64,000 nucleotides of DNA from an uncultured bacterium (GCA_943787795.1 CALSNU010000001.1:800001-864000), one strand, 5' to 3'. Shown: positions 38,223-48,552, counted from the first letter of the stretch. Made by a program: numbers and translations. The notes: generated from the sequence alone by a model not told the origin.

Positions 38223-39605
38223 ATGGTGAGGTCGAGAATCACGGCAGCCATCGCCCTGGGTGCCAACGTCGGGGAGCCAGAGCGGACCTTCAAGCGAGCT
38301 CTGTCGCTACTCGAGCGTGACGGGGACGTTCAGATTCTTCGCCGCTCACACTGGCACGGCACCGACGCGGTGGGCGGTCCTGCGGCGCAGCCGAACTACA
38401 CCAACGGGGCGGTGCTGGTCGAGACGACCGTCGCTCCCGGGGCGCTGCTGGAGCGGCTGCACGGCATCGAGTCCCACCTCGGGCGGGATCGGGCGAGCGA
38501 GGAGCGGCGCGGGCCACGCGTGCTCGACCTCGATCTGCTGTACGCGTTGGACGAGCAGGGGGGCCTGATCACCGACCGGGGAGAGCAGCTGCAGCTGCCG
38601 CATCCTCGCATGGAGGAGCGACCGTTCGTCCTCGCGCCCCTGAAGGAGATCGCGCCAGAGCAGCGCCTGCCACGCTCGGGGCGGACCGTGTCCGACCAGC
38701 TCGCGTTCCTGGAGCAGAGCGGCGGCCTCGCGCGCCTCGACTCGCCCGCTGAGGCCAGAGCGTGGTGCGAGGCCGCGCGCGCCGCGGGGGCGACCATCGG
38801 GTTCGTGCCCACCATGGGAGCGCTCCACGACGGTCACCTTGAGCTGGTCCGGCGTGCCGCGATGGAGAACGACCTCGCCTGCGTCTCCGTCTTCGTCAAC
38901 CCGCTGCAGTTCAACGACCCCTCCGACCTCGAGAAGTACCCCCGCGACTTTGCGGGCGACGCGCGGCTGCTGGCCCAGGTGGGTTGCGCCATGGTCTTCA
39001 CGGGGAGCCTCGAGGGATTCTTCCCTGAGGAGCTCGTGGACGGGGAGCTACCGGCCGCGGCGAGGGTCCCCGCGGGCCCGGGCGCAGCGGGCCTCGAGGG
39101 CGACTTCCGCCCTGGGCACCTGGGCGGCGTCGCCACCATCGTGGACCGCCTCTTCGAGGTGGTCATGCCGACCCGGGCGTACTTCGGGGCGAAGGACTTC
39201 CAGCAGTGCCTGGTCGTGCAGCACGTGGCGGACCTGCGGGGCGGCCGCCCCGAGATCGTCCGTTGCCCGACCGTGCGGGAGCCGTCGGGGATCGCCATGG
39301 CCTCGAGAAATACCCTGCTCGAAGGCGAGGCTTGCGTGCAGGCGCTGGCCATCTCACGGGGGCTCCGCGCGGCGAAGGCGGCGTGGGAGGCCGGGGATCG
39401 TGACGCCGCTTCGCTGACGCGGCAGCTCCAGGAGGGCGTCGCGGCGCCCGGCGTCGATGTGGAGTACGCCGAGGTCCGCGACCCGGGCAACTGGACGCTC
39501 GAGGCACCGTGCGGAGCGCTCGAGCGGGCTGTGGGGCTCGTCGCTGCCAACGTCGGAGGCGTGCGGCTGATCGACAACATGGAGTTCGACGAGGGCCTTC
39601 GGTGA
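38223..39605 (+). CDS. folK-panC: Fused HPPK (FolK) and pantoate--beta-alanine ligase (PanC)
   Basis: N-terminal IALGANVG, GPRVLDLDLL, LPHPRMEERPFVLAPL; C-terminal FVPTMGALHDGH, SVFVNPLQF, YFGAKDFQQ, AMASRN, RLIDN. Confidence 0.9.
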   Translation: MVRSRITAAIALGANVGEPERTFKRALSLLERDGDVQILRRSHWHGTDAVGGPAAQPNYTNGAVLVETTVAPGALLERLHGIESHLGRDRASEERRGPRVLDLDLLYALDEQGGLITDRGEQLQLPHPRMEERPFVLAPLKEIAPEQRLPRSGRTVSDQLAFLEQSGGLARLDSPAEARAWCEAARAAGATIGFVPTMGALHDGHLELVRRAAMENDLACVSVFVNPLQFNDPSDLEKYPRDFAGDARLLAQVGCAMVFTGSLEGFFPEELVDGELPAAARVPAGPGAAGLEGDFRPGHLGGVATIVDRLFEVVMPTRAYFGAKDFQQCLVVQHVADLRGGRPEIVRCPTVREPSGIAMASRNTLLEGEACVQALAISRGLRAAKAAWEAGDRDAASLTRQLQEGVAAPGVDVEYAEVRDPGNWTLEAPCGALERAVGLVAANVGGVRLIDNMEFDEGLR

Positions 39606-40540
39606 GCATCAGCCTGCTCGCGAACGCCAAGATCAACCCGACCCTGCGTGTGCTGGGCCGAAGGGGGGATGGGTTCCACGAGGTCGTGACGACCATGTTG
39701 GCCCTGGACCTCGGTGACGTGGTGTCCGCCTCGACCTCCAACGTCGAGGGCGTCGAGGTCAGCATGTGCGGTGCGCTGGCCTCCCCAGACATCCCCACGG
39801 ACGCGACCAACCTCGCCGTGCGCGGCGCGCTGCTCGGTCGCGAGGCCGCGGGCTCCGAGTCAGGCCTCTCGCTGAGCGTCGTCAAGAACATCCCGAGCCG
39901 GGCGGGGCTCGGCGGCGGCAGCGCGGACGCCGCGGCCGCCGCGCGGGCGGTGGTGGTGGAGCTGGGCGCGGAGGACGCCTGCCTCGACGGCCGGCTGGGA
40001 GCGCTGGGCTCGGACTGCGCCTTCTTCCAGGGGGCGCGTCGCACCGGCGCAGCCTTGGCCCTCGGGCGGGGCGAGCAGGTCCTGCCGCTCGATGGACCGC
40101 GAGGCTGGTGGGTGGCGCTGCTGACTCCCGAGGTGGAGTGCTCCACACCAGCCGTCTACGGGGCCCTGGACGCCGGGCTGGCGAGCCCCGCGTCGGGCTG
40201 GCGCGTCGAGGCAGAGGCTCAGGCGCGGGAGCTCTTCGGGCTCCCCGCGCTGGAGGCGCGAGCCGCGCTGGCCAACGACCTCGAGCCCGCCGCGCGGGCG
40301 GCCGCGCCCGGGCTCCTGCCCTGGTTCGCGCTCCTCGAGTCCGAATCCGCGGCGCACTTCCGGCTCGCCGGCAGCGGCTCCAGCTTCTTCGGCCTCTTCG
40401 AGGACGAGGCCTCCGCGCAGGAGAGCCTTGAACGGCTCGAAGCCCGGGCGGGCGCCCAGGGGCTCGGCACCCGGCTCGCCTGCGTGGCCCGACCGGCGGG
40501 CTCGGCGCTCACCACGGTGACGGGGGTGGAGCGTGGCTGA
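39602..40540 (+). CDS. ispE: 4-diphosphocytidyl-2-C-methyl-D-erythritol kinase
   Basis: AKINPTLRVLGRRGDGFHE, KNIPSRAGLGGGSADAA, LGSDCAFF, GSGSS; GTGA overlap. Confidence 0.9.
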   Translation: MSISLLANAKINPTLRVLGRRGDGFHEVVTTMLALDLGDVVSASTSNVEGVEVSMCGALASPDIPTDATNLAVRGALLGREAAGSESGLSLSVVKNIPSRAGLGGGSADAAAAARAVVVELGAEDACLDGRLGALGSDCAFFQGARRTGAALALGRGEQVLPLDGPRGWWVALLTPEVECSTPAVYGALDAGLASPASGWRVEAEAQARELFGLPALEARAALANDLEPAARAAAPGLLPWFALLESESAAHFRLAGSGSSFFGLFEDEASAQESLERLEARAGAQGLGTRLACVARPAGSALTTVTGVERG

Positions 40541-41427
40541 GCCCCTTCGTGAGGTCGGGATCATCGGGCGTGAGATCGGGATCATCGGGGGCGGCCGGGT
40601 GGCTGCGGCCCTCGCCTCGAGTCTCGGGGAGCAGCTCGACGTGGCGCTCCACGCGCGACATCCCGAGCGCGTCCGACTCTCACCGCACGGGCCCTCCGTG
40701 CCCGTTGACGCGGACCTCGCCCTGGTGGCGTCGCGCGAGCTGATCATCATCGCGGTGAGCGACGACGCGATCCCCGAGGTGGCGCGCGCCCTCGCCGCGC
40801 AGCTGCGGAGCCAGCCGCGCCCGGCGCGGCCCGGAGGGCGGGGTCACGTGCGTGCTCCACACCAGCGGGGCGACCACCGGCGCGCGCTCCCTCGCGCCGC
40901 TCCTCGAGGTCCCCGGCGTGGAGGTGGGGTCGGTGCACCCGCTGCTCGCGGTGCCCTCCGCTGCGGCCCCGGGCTACTTCACCCTGGCCCCATTCGTCAT
41001 CGAGACCAGCGGGTCGGTGGCGGCCGAGCGAGCGCGGGCGCTGGTGGAGCAGCTTGAGGGAGAGCCCATCGAGCTCCCGGATTCGACCGAGGAGACCAAG
41101 GCTCGATACCACGCCCTGGCGACGATGGTGGCCACGGGGACCGTGACCCTGGTGGATCGGGCGGCCGACGCCCTCGGCGTCGACGCGGTCCAGCGCGCCG
41201 CGTTCCGGGACGCGTTCGGCCGGCTCGCCATGACGGCGGCGGTCAACGTCAGCCGTGGTCCGGGGCCGGAGGTCTTGACTGGACCCGTCGCCCGGGGCGA
41301 CGGCGCCACCCTGGAGCTCCACGACCGAGCGCTGGAGGGCCATCCGGTCGAAGGACTCCACGCCGCGGTCCGCCGCGCGGCGGAGGACATGGTCGATCGG
41401 GGACGTCAGGAGGAGGGGGGCGCGTGA
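40533..41427 (+). CDS. Rossmann-like plus DUF2520 oxidoreductase (PanG-like), apparent frameshift near 40800-40850
   Basis: IGIIGGGRVA and IIAVSDDAI in one frame; VLHTSG, SVHPL, KARYHALA and LTGPVARGD in the next. Confidence 0.8.
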
Positions 41428-43007
41428 GCGCAGGCTCTCTCTCCCCAGGGCCGCTGGTCGTCTCGCTCCTGCCTCGATCCTTCGGGGCCCTGGGGCAGGC
41501 GCTCGAGGGGGGGGCGTGCTCCGGTGCCGATGTCGTGGAGCTGCGTCTGGATCACCTCGCCGGAGAGATCCGGCGTGAGCCGGGAGGGCTGCGGTCGCTC
41601 GTGGAGCGAGCCGGCAGGCCGGTCATCGCTGCCGTTCACGGGCGGGAGGGCTTTGGCGCCTTCGCCGGGGACATCGGTGAGCGGCGCGAGCTGCTCCATG
41701 CCGCGGCGTCCGCGGGCGTGTCCCGCGTGGACGTTGACGAGCGCTTCGTCCGGGAGATCGGGGAGCTCGGTGTGGCGAGGATCATCTCGACCCATCGAGC
41801 CGCAGAGACCGTGGCGGAGCTCGACGCCCTCGCGGCAAGACTCGACGCGCTGGCTGAACCCGGCCGCGACCTGGTGAAGGTGGCGCCTGCCGCGGGCACG
41901 GCGGCCCACGGCCTGCGGCTCCTCCGCTGGCTCGCCCAGCGTGACCCGGAGACGACCGTGGCCATCTCCACGGGCGCCGCGGGCTCATTCACGCGGCTCC
42001 TGGCCCCGGCCTTCGGTGGCGTGCTGACCTTCGCAGCCCCCGCGCCGGTGGAGGGCGTCGACCTCGTGCTCGCTGCCCCCGGGCAACTCCCGGTGGACCA
42101 CGTGCGCGCGGTCTGGGCAGGAGGTGCTCCGTCGACGGAGACCGACGTCGCCCTCGTCTGCGGTGATCCCATCGGCCATTCGGCCGGGCCGGTGGTCCAC
42201 GGTGCGGCGCTCGCTGCGACCGGCGTGGACGGCGTCCTCGCGCCGACCCTCGCCTCGCCTGTGGAGGCGCTAGGCCTTGGACCGCGGCTGGTCGGGCTCT
42301 CGGTGACCGCGCCCTACAAGGTCGACGCCATGGAGCTCGTCGGTGAGGCTTCGGCCGCGGCGCGCGCCATCGGAGCGCTGAACACGATCGAGGTGGGGGT
42401 CGGGAGAGCGGAGCGCGGATCCAACTCGGACGCTCCTGCCATCCGGGCGGCGCTCGAGGCGTCTGGTGTGGAGCTGCGGGGGGCGGCGGCGCTGGTGGTG
42501 GGCGCGGGAGGCGCCGCGCGCGCGGCGGTCCATGCGCTCCAAGAGGCCGGCGCCTCGGTCACGGTGGCAGCGCGCCGGGTCGAGGCCGCCGCCGAGCTCG
42601 CCGGGGATCGAGCCGTCTCGCTCGATGCTCTGGGGGACCTTGACGCCCTGGGAACCCCTGGCGGAGAGGCCCCCGCGGTCATCGTTCACGCGACGCCCCT
42701 TGGCTCCGCGGGCAGCGGCGAGGCGCCGGTGCCGCGAGCGCTGTTGACCCCGGGCGTCACCGTCTTGGACGCGGTCTATCGGCCCCGTCGAACCGGGCTG
42801 CTGCGCCTCGCTGCGTCGCTGGGCGCCGAGACGGTGGAGGGATCCGAGTGGTTCCTGCAGCAGGCCTGGCTTCAGCACCTCCGGATCTTCCGCCAGGGAT
42901 ACGCGGCGCGCTACGGAGCGGCCGGCCCCCCTGCCGCCGTGGCCACTGCCGCGGCGGCGGCCATGGGGAGCGCGCTGGACGCGTGGCTCGAGGGGGACGC
43001 TCGATGA
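41424..43007 (+). CDS. aroDE: Bifunctional type I 3-dehydroquinate dehydratase / shikimate dehydrogenase
   Basis: ADVVELRLD, IISTH, APGQL (AroD); GDPIGHS, SVTAPYK, IGALNT, GAGGAARA, DAVYRP (AroE). Confidence 0.88.
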   Translation: MSAGSLSPGPLVVSLLPRSFGALGQALEGGACSGADVVELRLDHLAGEIRREPGGLRSLVERAGRPVIAAVHGREGFGAFAGDIGERRELLHAAASAGVSRVDVDERFVREIGELGVARIISTHRAAETVAELDALAARLDALAEPGRDLVKVAPAAGTAAHGLRLLRWLAQRDPETTVAISTGAAGSFTRLLAPAFGGVLTFAAPAPVEGVDLVLAAPGQLPVDHVRAVWAGGAPSTETDVALVCGDPIGHSAGPVVHGAALAATGVDGVLAPTLASPVEALGLGPRLVGLSVTAPYKVDAMELVGEASAAARAIGALNTIEVGVGRAERGSNSDAPAIRAALEASGVELRGAAALVVGAGGAARAAVHALQEAGASVTVAARRVEAAAELAGDRAVSLDALGDLDALGTPGGEAPAVIVHATPLGSAGSGEAPVPRALLTPGVTVLDAVYRPRRTGLLRLAASLGAETVEGSEWFLQQAWLQHLRIFRQGYAARYGAAGPPAAVATAAAAAMGSALDAWLEGDAR

Positions 43008-43543
43008 CCACCTCCGGCCGTCGCTCGGTGGTCCTCGCGCTGGTGGGTCTTCGCTGCTCTGGCAAGACGACGGTGGGCCGAGCCCTGGCGGAGCGGACCG
43101 GCGCTGACTTCGTGGATCTGGACCAGGTGGTGGCGTCACGGACGGGCCTCAGGTCGGCGGGGGAGGTCATCGAGGCCTGTGGTCTCGAGCGCTTTCGGGA
43201 CCTCGAGGAGCAGGCCCTGAATGACGTCCTGGCGTCGGCGGCGCGCCCGCTGGTCCTCTCCACCGGTGGAGGTGTGGTGGTGCGTGCGGCGTCAAGGGAG
43301 CGCCTCGGGCAGGGGGCCACCGTCGCCTGGCTGCGTGCGCCGCTCGCTCTGCTCCGCCAACGGATGGCCGCCGACCATGGGACCTCCCGGCCCAGAATCA
43401 CGGCCGGAGATGAAGACGAGTTCATCTCGCTCGAGCGCGAGCGTGCCCCGCTGCTCGAGGCCCTCGCTGACGAGGTCGTCGAGGTTGAAGGACGGGACAC
43501 CCGTGAGCTGGCGGCCCATCTCGACGGCCTCTGGCGCGGGTGA
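43004..43543 (+). CDS. aroK: Shikimate kinase
   Basis: LVGLRCSGKTTVGRALA, FVDLD, FRDLE, STGGG; ATGA overlap. Confidence 0.9.
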   Translation: MTTSGRRSVVLALVGLRCSGKTTVGRALAERTGADFVDLDQVVASRTGLRSAGEVIEACGLERFRDLEEQALNDVLASAARPLVLSTGGGVVVRAASRERLGQGATVAWLRAPLALLRQRMAADHGTSRPRITAGDEDEFISLERERAPLLEALADEVVEVEGRDTRELAAHLDGLWRG

Positions 43544-43728
43544 ACGGAGCCTCTGGCGCGGGTGAGCGGGGACGCGGTCTCGGGTGACCTGGGATGGGGC
43601 GAGGGCTCCGAGTCGAGGCCGCTGGGCGGTGGATCGGCGCAAGCTCGGGCGGGCGTCCGCTCGATAAGGCCCGGGGAGAGCGCACGCGCCGCTGGGATTG
43701 GCGGTCTGTGGTGCTACATTGAGGGCAG

Positions 43729-46700
43729 GTGGTCACAGGAAATCAAAAGTCGCGAACGAGAGCCTCGTTCTTCGCTCTTTGGTGCCTTCTCCTGTCGCCT
43801 TCCGCGTCCGGCTCTCCCGTTGGTGGTGGCTCTCCCCTGACCCGCCATGCCTGGGTCGCCCTGGACCCGCCGGTTTCCCTGGATCCGCCGGTTTCCCTGG
43901 ATCCGCCGGTTTCCCTGGATCCGCCGGGCGCCTCGGACCCGCCCCGGGCCGGGCGGGCCCGCAGGGCAACGTCGGGGCCCCTCGATCTGCGCAGGATCAG
44001 GCGCATCACCGAGATCTCCGCGGCGCTGTTGGACCTCGACGCAGAGGCCCTGGACCGCGCCGCGACCGCCTATCGCGCGACGGTGCCGGAGGACCTCACC
44101 CTCGCGGTCATCCTCCGTGCGGGTCGCCCGGTCCCTCCGGGCCTGGCCGCCGCCCGCCGAGCTCAGCGGGAAGCGCGCGCCGAGGAGGCCCTCGCCTGGC
44201 TTGTGCGTGAACGCGAATCGGGCCCTGGCCGCGAGCACACCGACGCCTGCCTGGACTTTGCCCTGTCGGCCGGCGGAGGCGAGGCGCCGTCGATTCCCGA
44301 GCTCGAGATCGCCGCCTCGTTCGTCGTGGCCGACCTCGAGCTGATCGATCACGCGCCGGCGGTGGCGCGGCTCCTGGACAAGGGGGCCTCGGCGGAGGTC
44401 CGTAAGGGCGCGAAGACGGCGCTCTTCAGGCTCTACGCCCGCTCTTTTGATTCCCTCGCGGGCTTCGAGAGCCGCTGGCCGCAGCTGGAGGGGAGGGCGC
44501 CTGAGGCCACCGGCCGCGATGAGCTCCGGGCCGCTCTGGAGGAGGGGAACGGGCGAGCTCTGGCGCTGCTGGAGCTCGCGCCCGGTCGATTTGACAAGGG
44601 ACCACTGGACTGGGTGGACCCCGAGATGGCGACAAGAGCGGCGCGGACCCTGGGCCGAGCGGTCGCGGGCGGCGCGCTCGATCCCGAGTCCGCGCGGGAG
44701 CTGCTGGTGGAAGGGCTCGGCGCCGTGGCAGACCCCGGTGAGCTCCACGCACGTATGGGGGTCTTGATCGACCTCGTCCAGGGAGCCGACGCCGAGAGCG
44801 AGGCCGCGCGCGGCGTTCGTGAGACGGTTCACTCCGTGGCGGAGGCCTCGCTGCAGGCCGGGCCCGACTTCGTGTGGGTCTCCCTCGGAGCGCTTCGGAG
44901 GCTCCAGTATCCACCGGGAAGCGACGGGGACGCCGAGCGCCTCGCCGCGCTCGAGACCGCGGTCAGGGTCTTCCGCGGGGCGCTCGAGGCGCGTCGCTCG
45001 CGGCCCATCGACCCGGACGCCCTCCAGGGAGCGGTGCTCGCCATGCGTGACGTGGCCCGGGGCGTCCAGGATGCGGGGGAGCGTGAACGAGGCGTGCGGC
45101 TGCTGATGCGGGACCTGCGCGCGCTGGTCGTGGACACGGGCCTGCCCCTCGGCGTTCGCCGCGCGGCGGCGAGCTCCCTCACCCTCTCATCGGCAGCTCG
45201 CGACGCGCTCCAACTCGTGAACCTCATGCAGTCCCCCGAGGCGAGGGAGGCCCTGGGCTACGAGCTGCTCGGGGCGCTCAAGGTCGTGGCGGGGAGCCTG
45301 ACGCCCGGGAGTGAGGCGGCGGAGACGGTCCTGGACCGGCTGTTCGAGTTCGTGGCCGAGCCGGACTTCGATCGTCGTCGGCTCTCCCTCGAGCTCCTGC
45401 TCTCGGACGAGTTCGCGCCGCTCCTTGCCCATAAGGTCCGCGGGACGTCGGCACGATGGACGGTGCTGCGTCTGCGGGCGGAGCCGTCGGAGGAGCTGCG
45501 CCTGCGGCTGCTCTCACTCCTCGCGCGCATCGGCACCGTCGAGACGCTCGAGCTCCTGCTGGCACGGGAGGGGCTGGTCGAGGACATGATCGGCCCGGAT
45601 CCCGGTATGGCGAGCGCGCTCTGCGAGGCCGCGCTGGCGATGCACGACGTCTCGGACCCCGCGCCGCTGCTCCGCCTCGCGCGCCGCATTGCCGGTCCGC
45701 TGGGGACCCCAGATGCCCTGGATCCCACCCGGGTGGCCCGGCTGCGCGCCGGGGTCGAGCTGGTGCTTGGGCTCGATACGGAATCGAGCGAAGGGCTGCC
45801 GATTCGCGACAGTCGCTGGGTCGTCGCCGCGTCGGTCGATCTCCGGCGCGCGTATCCGGTGCTGGCGCTGGGGCAGTTGACCCGGTCTGATCGAGCGACG
45901 CTCCGCACCGTCCACGTGGCGAGGCTGCAGCAGGCCGTCCCGGGCGAGGACGAGGGCGAGGGCACGGCGGACGCCCCCTTGATCTCCTTGGCGCTCGGTC
46001 TGCTCGAGGCGGACGACCTCGCCGCTGAGCTTCGGGAGGACCCGTCGGAGCCCGGGGTGGGCCCGGGCGACCTCGTCGTCTCGGCGCGGATCCGCCGCGC
46101 GGAGCGAGCCATGGGGGAGCTGGACTCGGCCATGGTCGCCCCTGCGCCCATGGATCGGCTCGGCTGGGATCCCGTCAACCTCAGCCTCGAGGGGATCGAG
46201 CTGCTTCGGCGCATGGGGCGGAACGAGGCGGCGCTGGTCCGCACCGAGTCCCTCTTCGGGGGCCCCAGAGCGTCGATCGCCGGTCGATCGGGGCGGGCCG
46301 TCCGGCTGCTGGTGGTCCAGGCCTTGGAGGCGATCGACGCTGCCTTGATTCAAGGGGCCTCAGCTGGCGACTCAGCTGGCGACCCAGCTGGCGACTCAGC
46401 TGACGACGTAGCTGACAACTCCGCTGGCGACCCAGCTGGAGCCCCAGCCGGGGCAGCGGCCTCCGGTATCGATTCGACAGTCCGGGCGCGGGCGGACCTC
46501 GCGGCGCGGGGGCTCCTTGGTCTCATCGGGAAGGAGGGGTGGCCCGGAGAGCTACCTGCCACCCAACTGACGGATCTCGACGCCCTGCTCCGTCTTGTCC
46601 GGGTCGGGTCGGATGAGGGCGCGCGAGCCGAGGCGGTCACCTACCTCGACGAGCGCATGAAGAGTCAGGCTGCTGCGGTGGTGGCGTGGCGCTCTGCGCT

Positions 46701-46896
46701 GGCCGAGGCTGACCCGGAGGCCTTCTCCAAGGTCGAGGCAGACCTCGCCTCGACGCGCTCGATGGGGGAAGCGGGCCGCGAGGGGGACCCTGAAGCGGCC
46801 GCGGGGCCCGGAGGAACTCCCCGGTCAACGCCTCCCGCGGAGAGCTCGGCGGAAGGGGGGGCGATTGAAGGCTCGGGTTCCGGGGACGGAGCTTGA
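43729..46896 (+). CDS. Large hypothetical alpha-helical (HEAT-like) protein, possibly exported
   Basis: 1055 aa ORF with L/A/R/E-rich helical pattern and hydrophobic N-terminal segment; no family recognised. Confidence 0.55.
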   Translation: MVTGNQKSRTRASFFALWCLLLSPSASGSPVGGGSPLTRHAWVALDPPVSLDPPVSLDPPVSLDPPGASDPPRAGRARRATSGPLDLRRIRRITEISAALLDLDAEALDRAATAYRATVPEDLTLAVILRAGRPVPPGLAAARRAQREARAEEALAWLVRERESGPGREHTDACLDFALSAGGGEAPSIPELEIAASFVVADLELIDHAPAVARLLDKGASAEVRKGAKTALFRLYARSFDSLAGFESRWPQLEGRAPEATGRDELRAALEEGNGRALALLELAPGRFDKGPLDWVDPEMATRAARTLGRAVAGGALDPESARELLVEGLGAVADPGELHARMGVLIDLVQGADAESEAARGVRETVHSVAEASLQAGPDFVWVSLGALRRLQYPPGSDGDAERLAALETAVRVFRGALEARRSRPIDPDALQGAVLAMRDVARGVQDAGERERGVRLLMRDLRALVVDTGLPLGVRRAAASSLTLSSAARDALQLVNLMQSPEAREALGYELLGALKVVAGSLTPGSEAAETVLDRLFEFVAEPDFDRRRLSLELLLSDEFAPLLAHKVRGTSARWTVLRLRAEPSEELRLRLLSLLARIGTVETLELLLAREGLVEDMIGPDPGMASALCEAALAMHDVSDPAPLLRLARRIAGPLGTPDALDPTRVARLRAGVELVLGLDTESSEGLPIRDSRWVVAASVDLRRAYPVLALGQLTRSDRATLRTVHVARLQQAVPGEDEGEGTADAPLISLALGLLEADDLAAELREDPSEPGVGPGDLVVSARIRRAERAMGELDSAMVAPAPMDRLGWDPVNLSLEGIELLRRMGRNEAALVRTESLFGGPRASIAGRSGRAVRLLVVQALEAIDAALIQGASAGDSAGDPAGDSADDVADNSAGDPAGAPAGAAASGIDSTVRARADLAARGLLGLIGKEGWPGELPATQLTDLDALLRLVRVGSDEGARAEAVTYLDERMKSQAAAVVAWRSALAEADPEAFSKVEADLASTRSMGEAGREGDPEAAAGPGGTPRSTPPAESSAEGGAIEGSGSGDGA
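43861..43926 (+). repeat. 18 bp tandem repeat, encodes LDPPVS
   Basis: CTGGATCCGCCGGTTTCC about 3.5 times. Confidence 0.85.
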
Positions 46897-46920
46897 CGTC
46901 GAGCCCTTGAGCGCTATCCT
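46893..46920 (+). promoter_or_regulatory. sigma70-type promoter of the tRNA
   Basis: TTGACG (46893-46898), 16 nt spacer, TATCCT (46915-46920), 13 nt before the tRNA. Confidence 0.65.
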
Positions 46921-46933
46921 CCCCCCAACGCGT

Positions 46934-47010
<77 letters not shown>

Positions 47011-47017
47011 CTTCTAA

Positions 47018-47055
47018 GAGAGGACTGTGCCCTTCCCGGCGCGGTCCTCTTTTTT
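47018..47055 (+). terminator. Intrinsic terminator after tRNA
   Basis: AGAGGACTGTGCC...GGCGCGGTCCTCT stem followed by T run. Confidence 0.8.
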
Positions 47056-47390
47056 CGTGCCCGGGAAGGCGGGTGAGGTCGCCGGTACGAAGCGACCCCC
47101 GCTAGGCATGTCGTGAGATGCGGCCGAGCTCGGCCCCCTAGGGCTCCGATACGGTTCCCCGGAGGTTCCCCATGGGTTCCCCGATTTCGGCTCGCCCAGA
47201 GACGGCGCCGCGGAGGAGATTCGAGCGGGAATCGCGGTCTGGCAGGCCGCCCGCGGGGAGGACGCCGGCCCGGCATCCGGCGATTCTTGGGGGTGCGGGG
47301 AACTCGGCAGCTTGGATTGCTCGAGTTGTGCTTCAGTTCCACGAGAGCCGCGCCAGCGGGCGGCGGGATCTGGCCGATAGGACTCGATGG

Positions 47391-47591
47391 ATGACTGTCC
47401 CCGCCGACAACTCCGGTCCCACTGAAGGGGCCCGGCACGAGCCCTTCTACGAACACCGGGCACCGCTGTACCCGTGCCCGGCCTGCTCGGCAGGCGTGCT
47501 CCTCCCGAAGCAGGACACGCTGCACTTCGGCCAGTGGGCCGAGAGCCGGGCGCTCTACGAGGCGGTCGGCGGTCGGCGCTGGTACCGCTGA
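47391..47591 (+). pseudogene. Short gene fragment with CxxC motif, possibly a DUF4145-type N-terminus
   Basis: PLYPCPACSAGVL; runs head-on into the recombinase remnant. Confidence 0.25.
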
Positions 47592-47769
47592 TCGCGTCGT
47601 CGACGAAGAACCTGGCAAGTTCGAAGCCGTTCTCGTCGGCGTAGCGCTCGATGGCTTTCTTCTGGTCGGGGATGGACTGTTCCTGGCGGTCCGTTGAGCG
47701 GCGCAGGTAGCCGACGGCCACCTTGGACGGTGGGCGGCCCCGGGCCGGGGTGGGGGAGGTGCGTTGCAT
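47563..47769 (-). pseudogene. Truncated serine recombinase (catalytic N-terminus only)
   Basis: VAVGYLRRSTDRQEQSIPDQKKAIERYA...FFVDDAISGTSADRRP with catalytic YxRxS; similarity is lost after about 69 aa. Confidence 0.85.
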
Positions 47770-47943
47770 GGTGGATTCGCGTTGTTCCACCATGGAGGCT
47801 CAGCCTGGCCGAGACAGCCAGGGCATTCCGGCACCTCTTCGAGCATCCTCGCGGCCGCAAGTCCGCCACCGCTTGCGGGTTACGGCAGAGAGCTGGACGC
47901 CATTCCTCTCCAGGCGAGCCAAGCGGCCCCCCGCTACATTCAA

Positions 47944-47982
47944 GAAGAGAGGTCGCCCTTCGGGGCGACCTCTCTTCTTTCA
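47944..47982 (+). terminator. Intrinsic terminator following att scar 1
   Basis: GAAGAGAGGTCGCCC-TTCG-GGGCGACCTCTCTTC perfect stem, then TTT. Confidence 0.8.
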
Positions 47983-48552
47983 TTCCTCTCTGGCCCAACC
48001 GCTGACGCGGTTGGAGCGAGGCGCGCCCGGAGGGCGCGCGGGGTCGTGCGGCTCGCTGTGGGTCGGGCGGCTGGCGCGGTTGGAGCGAACACTTCCAGGG
48101 GAGGACTCGGCCCTTCCTGGCTGGGTCCTCTTCTTTCGTCGCCGATGCCGCCACGAGCCTCGAGGCACGGGACATCCGGTCAAGGGCTGAGCAGGGACAA
48201 CTGGCTTCTTGGAATGCCCGCCCGCTTCGTCCTGGTGCGCGCTCAACGGGAATGCACACTCCTCCAACAGGGGCTCGGCGCCATCCATTGCAAGTACGTG
48301 GGAGTGGCTCGCCAGCCCGGAAGGACCTCACGGGTACCACCAGCTTCTCGGGCAGGTTTCAGAACGCACGCCCGTTTCAGGTCGGTTCGGTCGATACGAG
48401 GGCAGTTGCCGACGCTTCTCGGGAAGTAAGCCCTACCCGCGTGGTATCCTGGGCAGCGCAAACACAACTTAGCGGGGACCTCGCGTAGACATACGGCCAC
48501 TTCTGGTCGTCACGATCCGGTCGCCTCCTCTGAGCATTCTTGAGGAGTGACC

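Noticed and set aside
47014..47793. Intact 259 aa recombinase
   Set aside because: Similarity stops after about 69 aa; the rest is read-through of unrelated sequence
48006..48088. CGCGGTTGGAGCGA repeats as a second tRNA gene
   Set aside because: Only loosely resembles the tRNA 5' end; no cloverleaf or T-loop
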